From Phascolarctobacterium sp. (GTDB lineage: Bacteria; Bacillota; Negativicutes; Acidaminococcales; Acidaminococcaceae): a stretch of DNA of 32,000 nt. A program made the position numbers and the translations under genes. Of the stretch, positions 1 through 6,712 are shown one piece after another. Where the stretch lies: positions 8,563 through 40,562 of the forward strand of contig JAJQDY010000055.1 of NCBI GenBank assembly GCA_021201965.1, read 5' to 3'. Position 1 is the first letter of the stretch. Every line of letters begins with the position of its first letter. Under the pieces are notes generated by a model. That model did no database searches and was not told the origin of the DNA. It saw only the letters and a program-made list of their open reading frames with translations.

Positions 1-105
1 GACATGGCAGGCGATGTGGCAGATGTGCTCCGCGCCACCGTTTTTAAAGGAAAAGACGTTTCAGCCGCGCAGTGGGAGGCCATTGAGTACTGCGTGAAAA
101 GCTGA
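1..105 (+). CDS. 3' end of an unidentified protein-coding gene (partial, enters from left edge)
   Basis: Frame 1 is open from base 1 (...DMAGDVADVLRATVFKGKDVSAAQWEAIEYCVKS) to TGA at 103-105. No family recognised. The same frame stays open to TAA 268-270 (see findings). Confidence 0.35.
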   Translation, partial: DMAGDVADVLRATVFKGKDVSAAQWEAIEYCVKS

Positions 106-323
106 GCGGAAACATATCTTCCAGGTGCCTATGGCGCAATAGACGAACTGAAAAAATGCAGGAAGCATATGGATGCCGGCAGGGAGAAAAACATCGTCGC
201 CAGCTGGCTGAACGTCATCTATGCATTCAACTATTCCGAGCTCCCGTCCATGAAGAGGCAGAACCTGTAAGGGCGCCGGCCGGTAAAATAAAGCAGGGCA
301 TGTCCTGCGAAAGGGGTAATACC

Positions 324-876
324 ATGAAAAAAAATACTGCTGCTACTTATTTTAATATTCGCCGTATCTTCCACCGCACTGGCATACCAGAATGAGCCAA
401 CAGGGTTCAGGGGGCTGTCCTGGGGATCTTCCGTGAAGGCCTTAACCGCCAAATACCAGGACTGCAGGGAAATTGATCCGGAAGACGGACCCATAGCTGA
501 ATGCCTTACGGGATATACCGTTACCCTGGAAAATGATTCCATAAGCGACGTTCCCGTTACGTTACCGGTGGAATATGTTTTTGCAAACAATAAACTTATG
601 AAAGTATCCGTTAACCTGAACGGGGATTCCAATGAAGCAGCAACGGAAAAGGCGGTTAAAATGCGTTCCGCACTGAGGACTTTGTACGGGGCCTGCACGA
701 AAAGCCTTTTCACCTGTACCAGCAATACGTTCATCTGGCAGTGGAGAGTTACCAGGATTTCCTTTACCGTTTTGTATAAGATCCACAATAAAACGGATGT
801 CCAGGAATCCGTCCTGCGGCTGGAATCGGAGAAGATGTCCGCTTACTATGTGAAATACCTGAAGGAGCACCAGTAG
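324..876 (+). pseudogene. small secreted protein of unknown function; its ATG is out of frame with the body because of an A8 homopolymer (frameshift, sequencing error or phase variation)
   Basis: SD-like AAAGGGG lies about 9 nt upstream of ATG 324-326, which is followed by A8 (327-334). The frame starting at 328 reads KKILLLLILIFAVSSTALA/YQNEPTGFRGLSWGSSVKALTAKYQ..., a textbook Sec signal peptide continuous with track ORF 433..876 (which only starts at an internal GTG). With A7 the ATG would be in frame. Stop is TAG 874-876, followed by a terminator. Confidence 0.55.
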
Positions 877-911
877 AAGAAAGCAAAACAGGGCTGGTAA
901 GTATAATAAAT

Positions 912-946
912 AAAACGGCCGGACTACAATAGTCCGGCCGTTTTTT
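912..946 (+). terminator. rho-independent terminator
   Basis: A perfect 10-bp GC-rich stem, cggccggact (916-925) / agtccggccg (931-940), has a 5-nt loop, then T6 (941-946). The A4 before the stem could make it bidirectional. Confidence 0.75.
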
Positions 947-1016
947 ATTTTGCTTCCAATGGTAAAATATTAATGTACTATAATAAAAGAAACTATGTTC
1001 TGGGAGTGTTGCATAT

Positions 1017-1421
1017 ATGAAGAAAATATTTGCACTGATACTTATAATTATGCTTTACTGCCAAACCTGTGGAGCATTTAATCCTCCAGATCCGAACAGG
1101 TGGGTAACCATACAGGATGGCAAAGTAATATCATGTTGGCTTGATGCAATGACAATACGCTTTGATAAAAAGTATGGTGAAAATTACGCAAATGTATGGG
1201 TAATACTAAATCCCAAAGAAGAGCCAGGCTATTCTATGGATAATATGGAATTTAACATGGATAAAAGAGAATTCAAATTCCTTTCGATAACCAAGTACGA
1301 TGATAACAGAAAGGTTACAGATTCATCGCCAATCCCATCTATATCTCAAGGAATTCCTCCAGGAACTCTACTCGAACTTCTATATCAAGTAATAGCCAAA
1401 GTTTCCGAAGCAAGAAATTGA
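1017..1421 (+). CDS. small exported protein, unknown function
   Basis: GGGAG lies about 10 nt upstream of the ATG. The N-terminal signal peptide is MKKIFALILIIMLYCQTCGA. The ORF is visibly AT-richer than the rest of the window and sits between two hairpin terminators. Confidence 0.6.
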   Translation: MKKIFALILIIMLYCQTCGAFNPPDPNRWVTIQDGKVISCWLDAMTIRFDKKYGENYANVWVILNPKEEPGYSMDNMEFNMDKREFKFLSITKYDDNRKVTDSSPIPSISQGIPPGTLLELLYQVIAKVSEARN

Positions 1422-1485
1422 ACCACGAATAAAGCAGCTTTAAGCAGGCTGAACAAATGCATATACCCTCCGTTTTTGCAAAATA

Positions 1486-1516
1486 ATAAGCGGATACCGT
1501 TAAGGTATCCGCTTAT
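1486..1516. terminator. hairpin terminator shared by convergent genes
   Basis: A 13-bp perfect stem, ataagcggatacc (1486-1498) / ggtatccgcttat (1504-1516), has a 5-nt loop. It is T-rich on the + side (ttatttcc) and reads TATTTTGCAAAAA on the - side. It lies between the stop at 1421 (+) and the stop at 1529 (-). Confidence 0.6.
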
Positions 1517-1528
1517 TTCCATTATAGG

Positions 1529-2320
1529 CTATTTAATGTATTCTTCCTCCAGGCGGTCCATGGTCCCGTCAAGATATTTCTCTTCCATGAAGAAGTTCAC
1601 GTAGTTCAGCCAGTCAAGGTCACCCTTCTGCATCAGGATGCCAAACTGGTTCTTGGTGAACGGTTCATCGATAAGGGGAGCTGCGAGGCGGCTGTCCTCG
1701 CGGCAGTATTTGCGTGCTTCCATGGTCTCGGTGATCATTACGTCGGCCTTGCCTTCGGCAATAAGTGCCGGGATCTCGGCGTTCTGATCATGGATTATAA
1801 GCTGTGCGTTCGGCAGCGCTTCCTTTGCGAACTTCTCGTTGGTGCCGCCGGGGTTTGCCATGATGCGCACGGCCTGTTTGTCAAGGTCTGCCAAGGAACG
1901 GAATTTTTTAGCGTCGCCCTTCCTGCAGAGGATGGTCTTGCCGAATACCAGGTACCCTTTCGACATGTTCATAACCTGCTCACGGATATAGGTCCTCGTG
2001 ATGCCGCACATGGCCATATCGAATTTCCCTGCCATGGTGTCTTCCTGGAGGGTCTTCCAGGTGGTGGGGACGAATTTCACCTCAACGCCGAGAGTCTGCG
2101 CCAGCATAGTGCTTACCGCGGTGTCAAAGCCTTCATATTTTCCCGTTTCGGCATTCATGTATGACATGGGTTTATAATCACCGGTGGTGCCTACGAGGAG
2201 GGCGCCGCGGGCCTTAATGTCTTCAATCTTCCCGGCTTCTGCCATCGTGTCAAAGGTGAATACCGTGAAAATGGCAGCGGCCACGAGGGCTCCTGCCAGG
2301 ATCTTTTTCAGAGTCAGCAT
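1529..2320 (-). CDS. periplasmic type-3 solute-binding-fold protein, cyclohexadienyl (prephenate/arogenate) dehydratase PheC-like
   Basis: Signal peptide is MLTLKKILAGALVAAAIFTVFTFDTMAEA. Motifs VGTTGDYKPMSY, ANPGGTNEKFAKE and GKADVMITETMEAR closely resemble the PheC family as I remember it. Enzyme versus transporter-binding role cannot be decided by eye. Confidence 0.7.
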   Translation of the reverse strand: MLTLKKILAGALVAAAIFTVFTFDTMAEAGKIEDIKARGALLVGTTGDYKPMSYMNAETGKYEGFDTAVSTMLAQTLGVEVKFVPTTWKTLQEDTMAGKFDMAMCGITRTYIREQVMNMSKGYLVFGKTILCRKGDAKKFRSLADLDKQAVRIMANPGGTNEKFAKEALPNAQLIIHDQNAEIPALIAEGKADVMITETMEARKYCREDSRLAAPLIDEPFTKNQFGILMQKGDLDWLNYVNFFMEEKYLDGTMDRLEEEYIK

Positions 2321-2359
2321 ACAAAATCATTCCTTTCCAGATAAAATAACTGTACGTTT

Positions 2360-2389
2360 ATTATACTATTTTTCACAAATTTTTGCCAA
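2360..2389 (-). promoter_or_regulatory. sigma-70-type promoter for the PheC-like gene
   Basis: Minus strand reads TTGGCA-N18-TATAAT (tgccaa 2384-2389, attata 2360-2365). SD GGAAAGGA precedes the ATG at 2320. Confidence 0.45.
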
Positions 2390-2422
2390 TAAAAAGACTT
2401 TTTGTAATATGATGCGGCAAAT

Positions 2423-2448
2423 AAAAAATGTCTGCATTAAGGCAGACA
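2423..2448 (-). terminator. rho-independent terminator after the tRNA-Ser pair
   Basis: Minus strand has stem TGTCTGC (2442-2448) / GCAGACA (2429-2435) with a 6-nt loop (CTTAAT, 2436-2441), followed by a T6 tract (ATTTTTTATTT). It starts 14 nt after the tRNA 3' end. Confidence 0.6.
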
Positions 2449-2461
2449 CGTCCTTTGGGAT

Positions 2462-2552
2462 TGGCGGAGTGGGTGGGATTCGAACCCACGCACGGCGCAA
2501 CCCGCCTAACGATTTAGCAAACCGTCCTCTTCAGCCACTTGAGTACCACTCC
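2462..2552 (-). tRNA. tRNA-Ser (anticodon GCU), CCA encoded
   Basis: The reverse complement starts GGAGTGGTACTCAAGTGGCTGAAGAGGACGGTTTGCTAAATCGT... The anticodon stem is ACGGT/ATCGT and the loop TTGCTAA gives GCT. It has a long variable arm, T-arm GTGGG-TTCGAAT-CCCAC and a terminal CCA. Confidence 0.9.
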
Positions 2553-2568
2553 GTTAGGTTACCTACTT

Positions 2569-2597
2569 ATTATATACGATTATTGCGCATTTAGCAA
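2569..2597 (-). promoter_or_regulatory. sigma-70-type promoter for tRNA-Ser(GCU)
   Basis: Minus strand reads TTGCTA-N17-TATAAT. The -10 ends 16 nt before the mature tRNA 5' end. Confidence 0.45.
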
Positions 2598-2604
2598 TAG
2601 TATT

Positions 2605-2693
2605 TGGCGGAGAGAGTGGGATTCGAACCCACGGAGGCTGTTAACCTCGACGGTTTTCAGGACCGTTGCCTTAAACCACTCGGCCACCTCTCC
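2605..2693 (-). tRNA. tRNA-Ser (anticodon UGA), CCA encoded
   Basis: The reverse complement starts GGAGAGGTGGCCGAGTGGTTTAAGGCAACGGTCCTGAAAACCGT... The anticodon stem is ACGGT/ACCGT and the loop CCTGAAA gives TGA. It has a long variable arm, T-arm GTGGGTTCGAATCCCAC and CCA. Position 33 reads C rather than the usual U. Confidence 0.85.
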
Positions 2694-2708
2694 GTTAGTC
2701 AGGTTTTT

Positions 2709-2737
2709 ATTATAAAATATATTCCATTACGCGTCAA
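2709..2737 (-). promoter_or_regulatory. sigma-70-type promoter for tRNA-Ser(UGA), overlapping the stop of the upstream CDS
   Basis: Minus strand reads TTGACG-N17-TATAAT (cgtcaa 2732-2737, attata 2709-2714). The -10 ends 15 nt before the tRNA 5' end. Confidence 0.5.
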
Positions 2738-3353
2738 GCTTCGCATCCACCGCAGAAAGGGCATCGTCCTCAAGGGAAGCCGCATACTGCGTCATGTTTT
2801 CCATTTCACCCGACACGCATTTGTTAAACTTTTCATCCTTCGTGTATTTAAGGTTTATGCCGACGTTATAGGCCGCGCTCCTTATTGCGGCAAAGGCAAT
2901 GATGGCGCTGCAGGCAGCATCAGTTATGACATTGGGGTTGCCTATTTCCGCAAGCCGCACCGAAATCCTTAAGACATCAAGGGAAGACCTTGCAATCTTA
3001 AAGGGGACCAGGACTGCCTGTTTGGCCGCCGCCGCTGTGGCCGCGATCCTTTTTTCTTTTTCGTCGGCCGTCCCTTTCGGCATTTTAAGGCATGCCATGA
3101 AACCCTTGAATGCCTCCACATCCTCCGCCACCGCCTGGAGCAGTTCCTCTTCCATGGCACCCGCTTCCTCGCGGAGCATTTCCATTTCCTTCTCGTTTTC
3201 CTTAAATCCGTCCTTGCCGATAGTCAAATTGGCAACCATGGACGCAAGGGCCGCCGCAAGGGCGCCCGCCATGGCTGCAGCGCCGCCGCCGCCCGGGGCC
3301 GGCTCATTTGAGCCGAGTTTTTCAAGAAATTCCCTGATACTTATGTCATCCAT
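2727..3353 (-). CDS. cyclodeaminase/cyclohydrolase family protein (FtcD C-terminal domain-like; formimidoyl-/methenyl-THF)
   Basis: The N-terminus FLEKLGSNEPAPGGGGAAAMAGALAAALASMVANLTIGK is the signature of this all-helical family, and the length is 208 aa. Its start overlaps the upstream gene by 8 nt. Confidence 0.75.
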   Translation of the reverse strand: MDDISIREFLEKLGSNEPAPGGGGAAAMAGALAAALASMVANLTIGKDGFKENEKEMEMLREEAGAMEEELLQAVAEDVEAFKGFMACLKMPKGTADEKEKRIAATAAAAKQAVLVPFKIARSSLDVLRISVRLAEIGNPNVITDAACSAIIAFAAIRSAAYNVGINLKYTKDEKFNKCVSGEMENMTQYAASLEDDALSAVDAKLDA

Positions 3354-3747
3354 TTTTCTTCTCCTTCAGGTAACGCCTTACAAGGACCGCCGCCGCATAT
3401 GCGTCAAGCGGCACGGGCGTGGTCAGAAGCCCCAAGGGGATAATCCTTTTTATTCCCCGGGGCGGGTTTTCCTCCCAGTAAATGGCCCTTGCCTCTTCCG
3501 TGCTGTGGGCTTCGCCCACCGTCTCAACGGGCACGGGAATAATATCCTTTACAGCATCCTTTACGGCAGCGCTGTTCGTCCCGTCGCCAATTACCGCGGC
3601 GATTAGGTTACCGCCTTCAAGGAAGCTTCCTATTTCCTTTACAATATCATTCGTTTCGGCAACGCAGAGCCTTATTATCTCCCCGCTTCCGCTTACCAGC
3701 GCCAGCCCCGTCTTGCCTCTTCCGGGGTCAATTCCAAGGTACAGCAT
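3346..3747 (-). CDS. YqgF/RuvX-like RNase H-fold nuclease (putative resolvase/pre-16S nuclease-like)
   Basis: MLYLGIDPGRGKTGLALVS is an N-terminal acidic motif of the YqgF/RuvC type. It also has ...VIGDGTNS..., ...HSTEEAR... and a C-terminal LDAYAAAVLVRRYL. The ATG shares one base with the upstream TGA (TGATG). Confidence 0.6.
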   Translation of the reverse strand: MLYLGIDPGRGKTGLALVSGSGEIIRLCVAETNDIVKEIGSFLEGGNLIAAVIGDGTNSAAVKDAVKDIIPVPVETVGEAHSTEEARAIYWEENPPRGIKRIIPLGLLTTPVPLDAYAAAVLVRRYLKEKKNG

Positions 3748-4877
3748 CAGTCGGCCTTCACTTCCAGTTTCACCTTTACGGGCCCGGCAGTCGTTATTTC
3801 GCCGTCAGCGTAGGCACTGAGCTTGATCCTGCCGCCCAGTTTCTTCATCTCTTCGCTCTTTTCCATTACCGTTGCGGCGTTAATGTTCCCAACTTTTCCG
3901 GTAATGGGATCGGACTTCACCCCTGCCTCGACGGTGGCATGGTTAACTGCTGAGAGGAAGTTCATAAGGATCATGTCCGCGCCGGTATTTGCCTTTTTCA
4001 GGTCAACGGTTTCTGAAAGGATAAGGTCGCCTACCGCGTAGATGAGCTGGTTCTCATCAATCTCAAGGTTGCAGACCACGGGCTCCCCGAGCACGATATT
4101 GCCCAGGGTGCGCACGCGCACCAGCATGTTCCCCTTGCCTTCATCAAGCTTTTTCACGGCACTTTCCCATTCTTCGGCCGTAAGCCATACTATCTGCACG
4201 GGTTTTTCCGGGTCCCGCTCTATGCCTATGCTGCTCAGGACGCTGTTATTGGCGCTCTCCATGAACCATGCCAGCTGGCCCTCGTTTTCGTCATGGCTAA
4301 GCCCGCCCTGAAGCACGCCAGCATAAACGACTTCGCCCGCAAGGTAGAAAATGGTCCCCACGCGCACGTTGGTGAGGCCTTTCGTCAGGGCTTCCGTCAT
4401 CCCTTCAAGTTTCTTTACTTCGCCCGTCAGCTGGTCCTTTGATTCGGTGAGGGATGCCACCTCATTCTGCTGCACGATGTAGCGCTCGTTGAGGTTTTTG
4501 AGGTTTGCCTCCATCTCGTCATTCTGCCTGCTGCTCTGCTGGATCTTTTCATCAAGTTGCGCTATGACGGCGTTCTTTGCCTTCAGCTCCTCATCAGCAT
4601 CCTGCTTGCCCTTTTCCAGAGCCTGCATGTCCTTCTGGAGCTTTTCCATGCCGAAAAGGGCGGCCCTCGCACTCTGTGAGGCCGCTGCCATAATGCCTAT
4701 GGTCACGACGGATATAAGTATCCCCGTCAGCACCGTCAGCAGGATGGACGTATATTTCGGGCGCAGTCCGAAAACCGACATGCGCGCCCTGCCTATCTTG
4801 CTGCCGAGTTTGTCCGCTATGTATGCTATAAGCCCGCCTATGGCGGCCATTACAAGGATAAGTCTCAGACCGAACAT
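3747..4877 (-). CDS. DUF3084-family membrane protein with long coiled coil
   Basis: The N-terminus MFGLRLILVMAAIGGLIAYIADKLGSKIGRARMSVFGLRPKYTSILLTVLTGILIS (two TM segments) matches my memory of DUF3084. A heptad-rich segment follows (QALEKGKQDADEELKAKNAVIAQLDEKIQQ...). A strong SD GGAGGTG precedes the start. Confidence 0.7.
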   Translation of the reverse strand: MFGLRLILVMAAIGGLIAYIADKLGSKIGRARMSVFGLRPKYTSILLTVLTGILISVVTIGIMAAASQSARAALFGMEKLQKDMQALEKGKQDADEELKAKNAVIAQLDEKIQQSSRQNDEMEANLKNLNERYIVQQNEVASLTESKDQLTGEVKKLEGMTEALTKGLTNVRVGTIFYLAGEVVYAGVLQGGLSHDENEGQLAWFMESANNSVLSSIGIERDPEKPVQIVWLTAEEWESAVKKLDEGKGNMLVRVRTLGNIVLGEPVVCNLEIDENQLIYAVGDLILSETVDLKKANTGADMILMNFLSAVNHATVEAGVKSDPITGKVGNINAATVMEKSEEMKKLGGRIKLSAYADGEITTAGPVKVKLEVKAD

Positions 4878-4889
4878 ATCGCCACCTCC

Positions 4890-5981
4890 TCAGGCGTTCT
4901 TCTTTTTCATAAGGTAGAGCCCTATGCAAAGACAGAGAATGTTAGGGAGCATGCAGGAAAGGAGCGGCGGCGTCACCCCGCCTTTCCCGAGCCCTGTGGT
5001 AAGCGTCATGGAAGCGTAGTATATGAAAATTACGATAATGCTTATGCCAAGCCCTATGGAGGAACTGGTCCTCTGCTTCTGGGTGCCGAGGCAGGATCCG
5101 ATCATGGCAAAGAAGAAACTTGCAAGGGATATGGAAATCCTCATCCAGATCTCGCACCACTGCCGTGCGGTTTTCTGCTTCTGCCGCTCTAAAATCTTTA
5201 TGTATGCCTGGAGTTCCCTTATGGTCATTTCATCGGGTTCCTTCTGCTCCCAGGCAATCTGCTTCGGGCTCAGGTCAAGGGGTATGATCTGCTCGCTGAA
5301 GGTTGCCGTGCTCTGCACGCCTTCCTTGTCGTTCATGAAAAAAACGTTGCCGTTGGTTATCCGCCAGTGCCCATGTTCCCAGTAGCCGTCCTTTGCGGTC
5401 TGGATTCGAGAGAGGACGCCCTTCTGGAACTCCTCTATGGTAATGCCGGTCATTTTTCCATTTTTATTGTCAAACTTGTTGACATAGGTAATCCGCTGTG
5501 TCTGCCCGGAAAAGGTCTTTATGACCACATGGTCCTGCATTATTGGTTTGGTGTTGTGTTTTATTTCATAGTTTAAAATATAGCCGTATTTGAGCTTGGA
5601 CGGGGGAACGACCTTTTCCGCCCATACCACGGAGAACATGCTCACTACAAAGCCCACCACGAGCACGGGCGCCACAATACGGTAGTAGCTCACGCCGCCC
5701 GCCTTCATGGCGATTATCTCGCTGCTTCCGGATAACCTGCCGAAGGCCATAAGGGACGAGAGCAACATTGACATGGGAAAAGTGTAGTTTATTATTTCGG
5801 GCAGGCTGTAGAAAAAGAGCCGTGTCACCGTCTCAACCGATGCCCCGTACTGGGTTATGTACTGGGTTATCTTAAATAACATGGTGCTTGCGATAAATAT
5901 GCTGGAAAATGCCGCCACCCCGAATATAAAGGGGTAAAGCAATTCTTTTAGGACATATTTGTCAAGAATACGCAGCTGCAC
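4890..5981 (-). CDS. LPS export ABC transporter permease, LptF/LptG (YjgP/YjgQ) family
   Basis: The GTG start has AGGAGG 7 nt upstream. It begins RILDKYVLKELLYPFIFGVAAFSSIFI, has 6 predicted TM segments with a large central periplasmic insert, and is adjacent to lptB. Confidence 0.85.
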   Translation of the reverse strand: MQLRILDKYVLKELLYPFIFGVAAFSSIFIASTMLFKITQYITQYGASVETVTRLFFYSLPEIINYTFPMSMLLSSLMAFGRLSGSSEIIAMKAGGVSYYRIVAPVLVVGFVVSMFSVVWAEKVVPPSKLKYGYILNYEIKHNTKPIMQDHVVIKTFSGQTQRITYVNKFDNKNGKMTGITIEEFQKGVLSRIQTAKDGYWEHGHWRITNGNVFFMNDKEGVQSTATFSEQIIPLDLSPKQIAWEQKEPDEMTIRELQAYIKILERQKQKTARQWCEIWMRISISLASFFFAMIGSCLGTQKQRTSSSIGLGISIIVIFIYYASMTLTTGLGKGGVTPPLLSCMLPNILCLCIGLYLMKKKNA

Positions 5982-5992
5982 CTTTTTTCCTC

Positions 5993-6712
5993 CTACATGC
6001 TGAACTTGTCACCTAGATAATATTTCCTTGCCACGGGATCGTTCGGGATGGTATTTCTATCGCCGTGGAGCAGTATTTTCCCTTCGACAAGGATGTACGC
6101 GCGGTCCACTATGTTCAATGTATCGCGCACGTTATGGTCAGTTATGAGGATGCCGATACCCATTTTTGCGAGGTGGGCAACCATATCCTGGATGTCGGCA
6201 ACCGCCATGGGGTCTATGCCCGCAAAGGGCTCGTCAAGGAGTATGAATGCGGGATCCGTCGCAAGGGCGCGGGCAATCTCCACGCGACGCCTCTCGCCGC
6301 CTGAAAGTGCCGTGCCCATATTTTTCCTTACATGGCTTATATGGAACTCTTCGATGAGCTCGTTCATCTTTTTTTCCTGCTCCCCTTTCATAAGGGAAGT
6401 CGTTTCAAGGATGGCGAGGAGGTTTTCCTCCACCGTCATCTTGGTGAAGATGGACGGCTCCTGGGGAAGGTAGCCTATGCCGCACCTTGCGCGCCCATAC
6501 ATGGGAAGGTGGGATATGTCCTCCCCGTCCAGGGTCACAATGCCGGCATTCGGACGCTCGATGCCTACTATCATATAGAAAGTCGTGGTCTTGCCGGCGC
6601 CGTTAGGTCCGAGAAGCCCTACAATGCTCCCCTGCTCGACTTCAATGCTGACGCCGTTTACGACGTTCCTTCCGGAATATGTTTTTACGAGGTTGTCGGT
6701 TTTTATAATCAT
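5993..6712 (-). CDS. lptB: LPS export ABC transporter ATP-binding protein LptB
   Basis: It has Walker [10 protein letters not shown], signature [15 protein letters not shown] and Walker [13 protein letters not shown]. The length is 239 aa and it lies directly after lptC-lptA. Confidence 0.92.
   Translation of the reverse strand: MIIKTDNLVKTYSGRNVVNGVSIEVEQGSIVGLLGPNGAGKTTTFYMIVGIERPNAGIVTLDGEDISHLPMYGRARCGIGYLPQEPSIFTKMTVEENLLAILETTSLMKGEQEKKMNELIEEFHISHVRKNMGTALSGGERRRVEIARALATDPAFILLDEPFAGIDPMAVADIQDMVAHLAKMGIGILITDHNVRDTLNIVDRAYILVEGKILLHGDRNTIPNDPVARKYYLGDKFSM

Noticed and set aside
156-395. 79-aa plus-strand ORF (MQEAYGCRQGEKHRRQ...).
   Set aside because: Its composition is not protein-like. 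Its 3' part is simply the out-of-frame reading of the signal peptide of the 324..876 gene, and its 5' part competes with the more plausible frame-1 extension of the left-edge gene.
2400-2760. tRNA-adjacent integration site or genomic island boundary.
   Set aside because: There is no integrase, no direct repeat of a tRNA 3' end, and no transposase or IS ends anywhere in the window. The AT-rich patch at 950-1520 is noted separately as weak evidence only.
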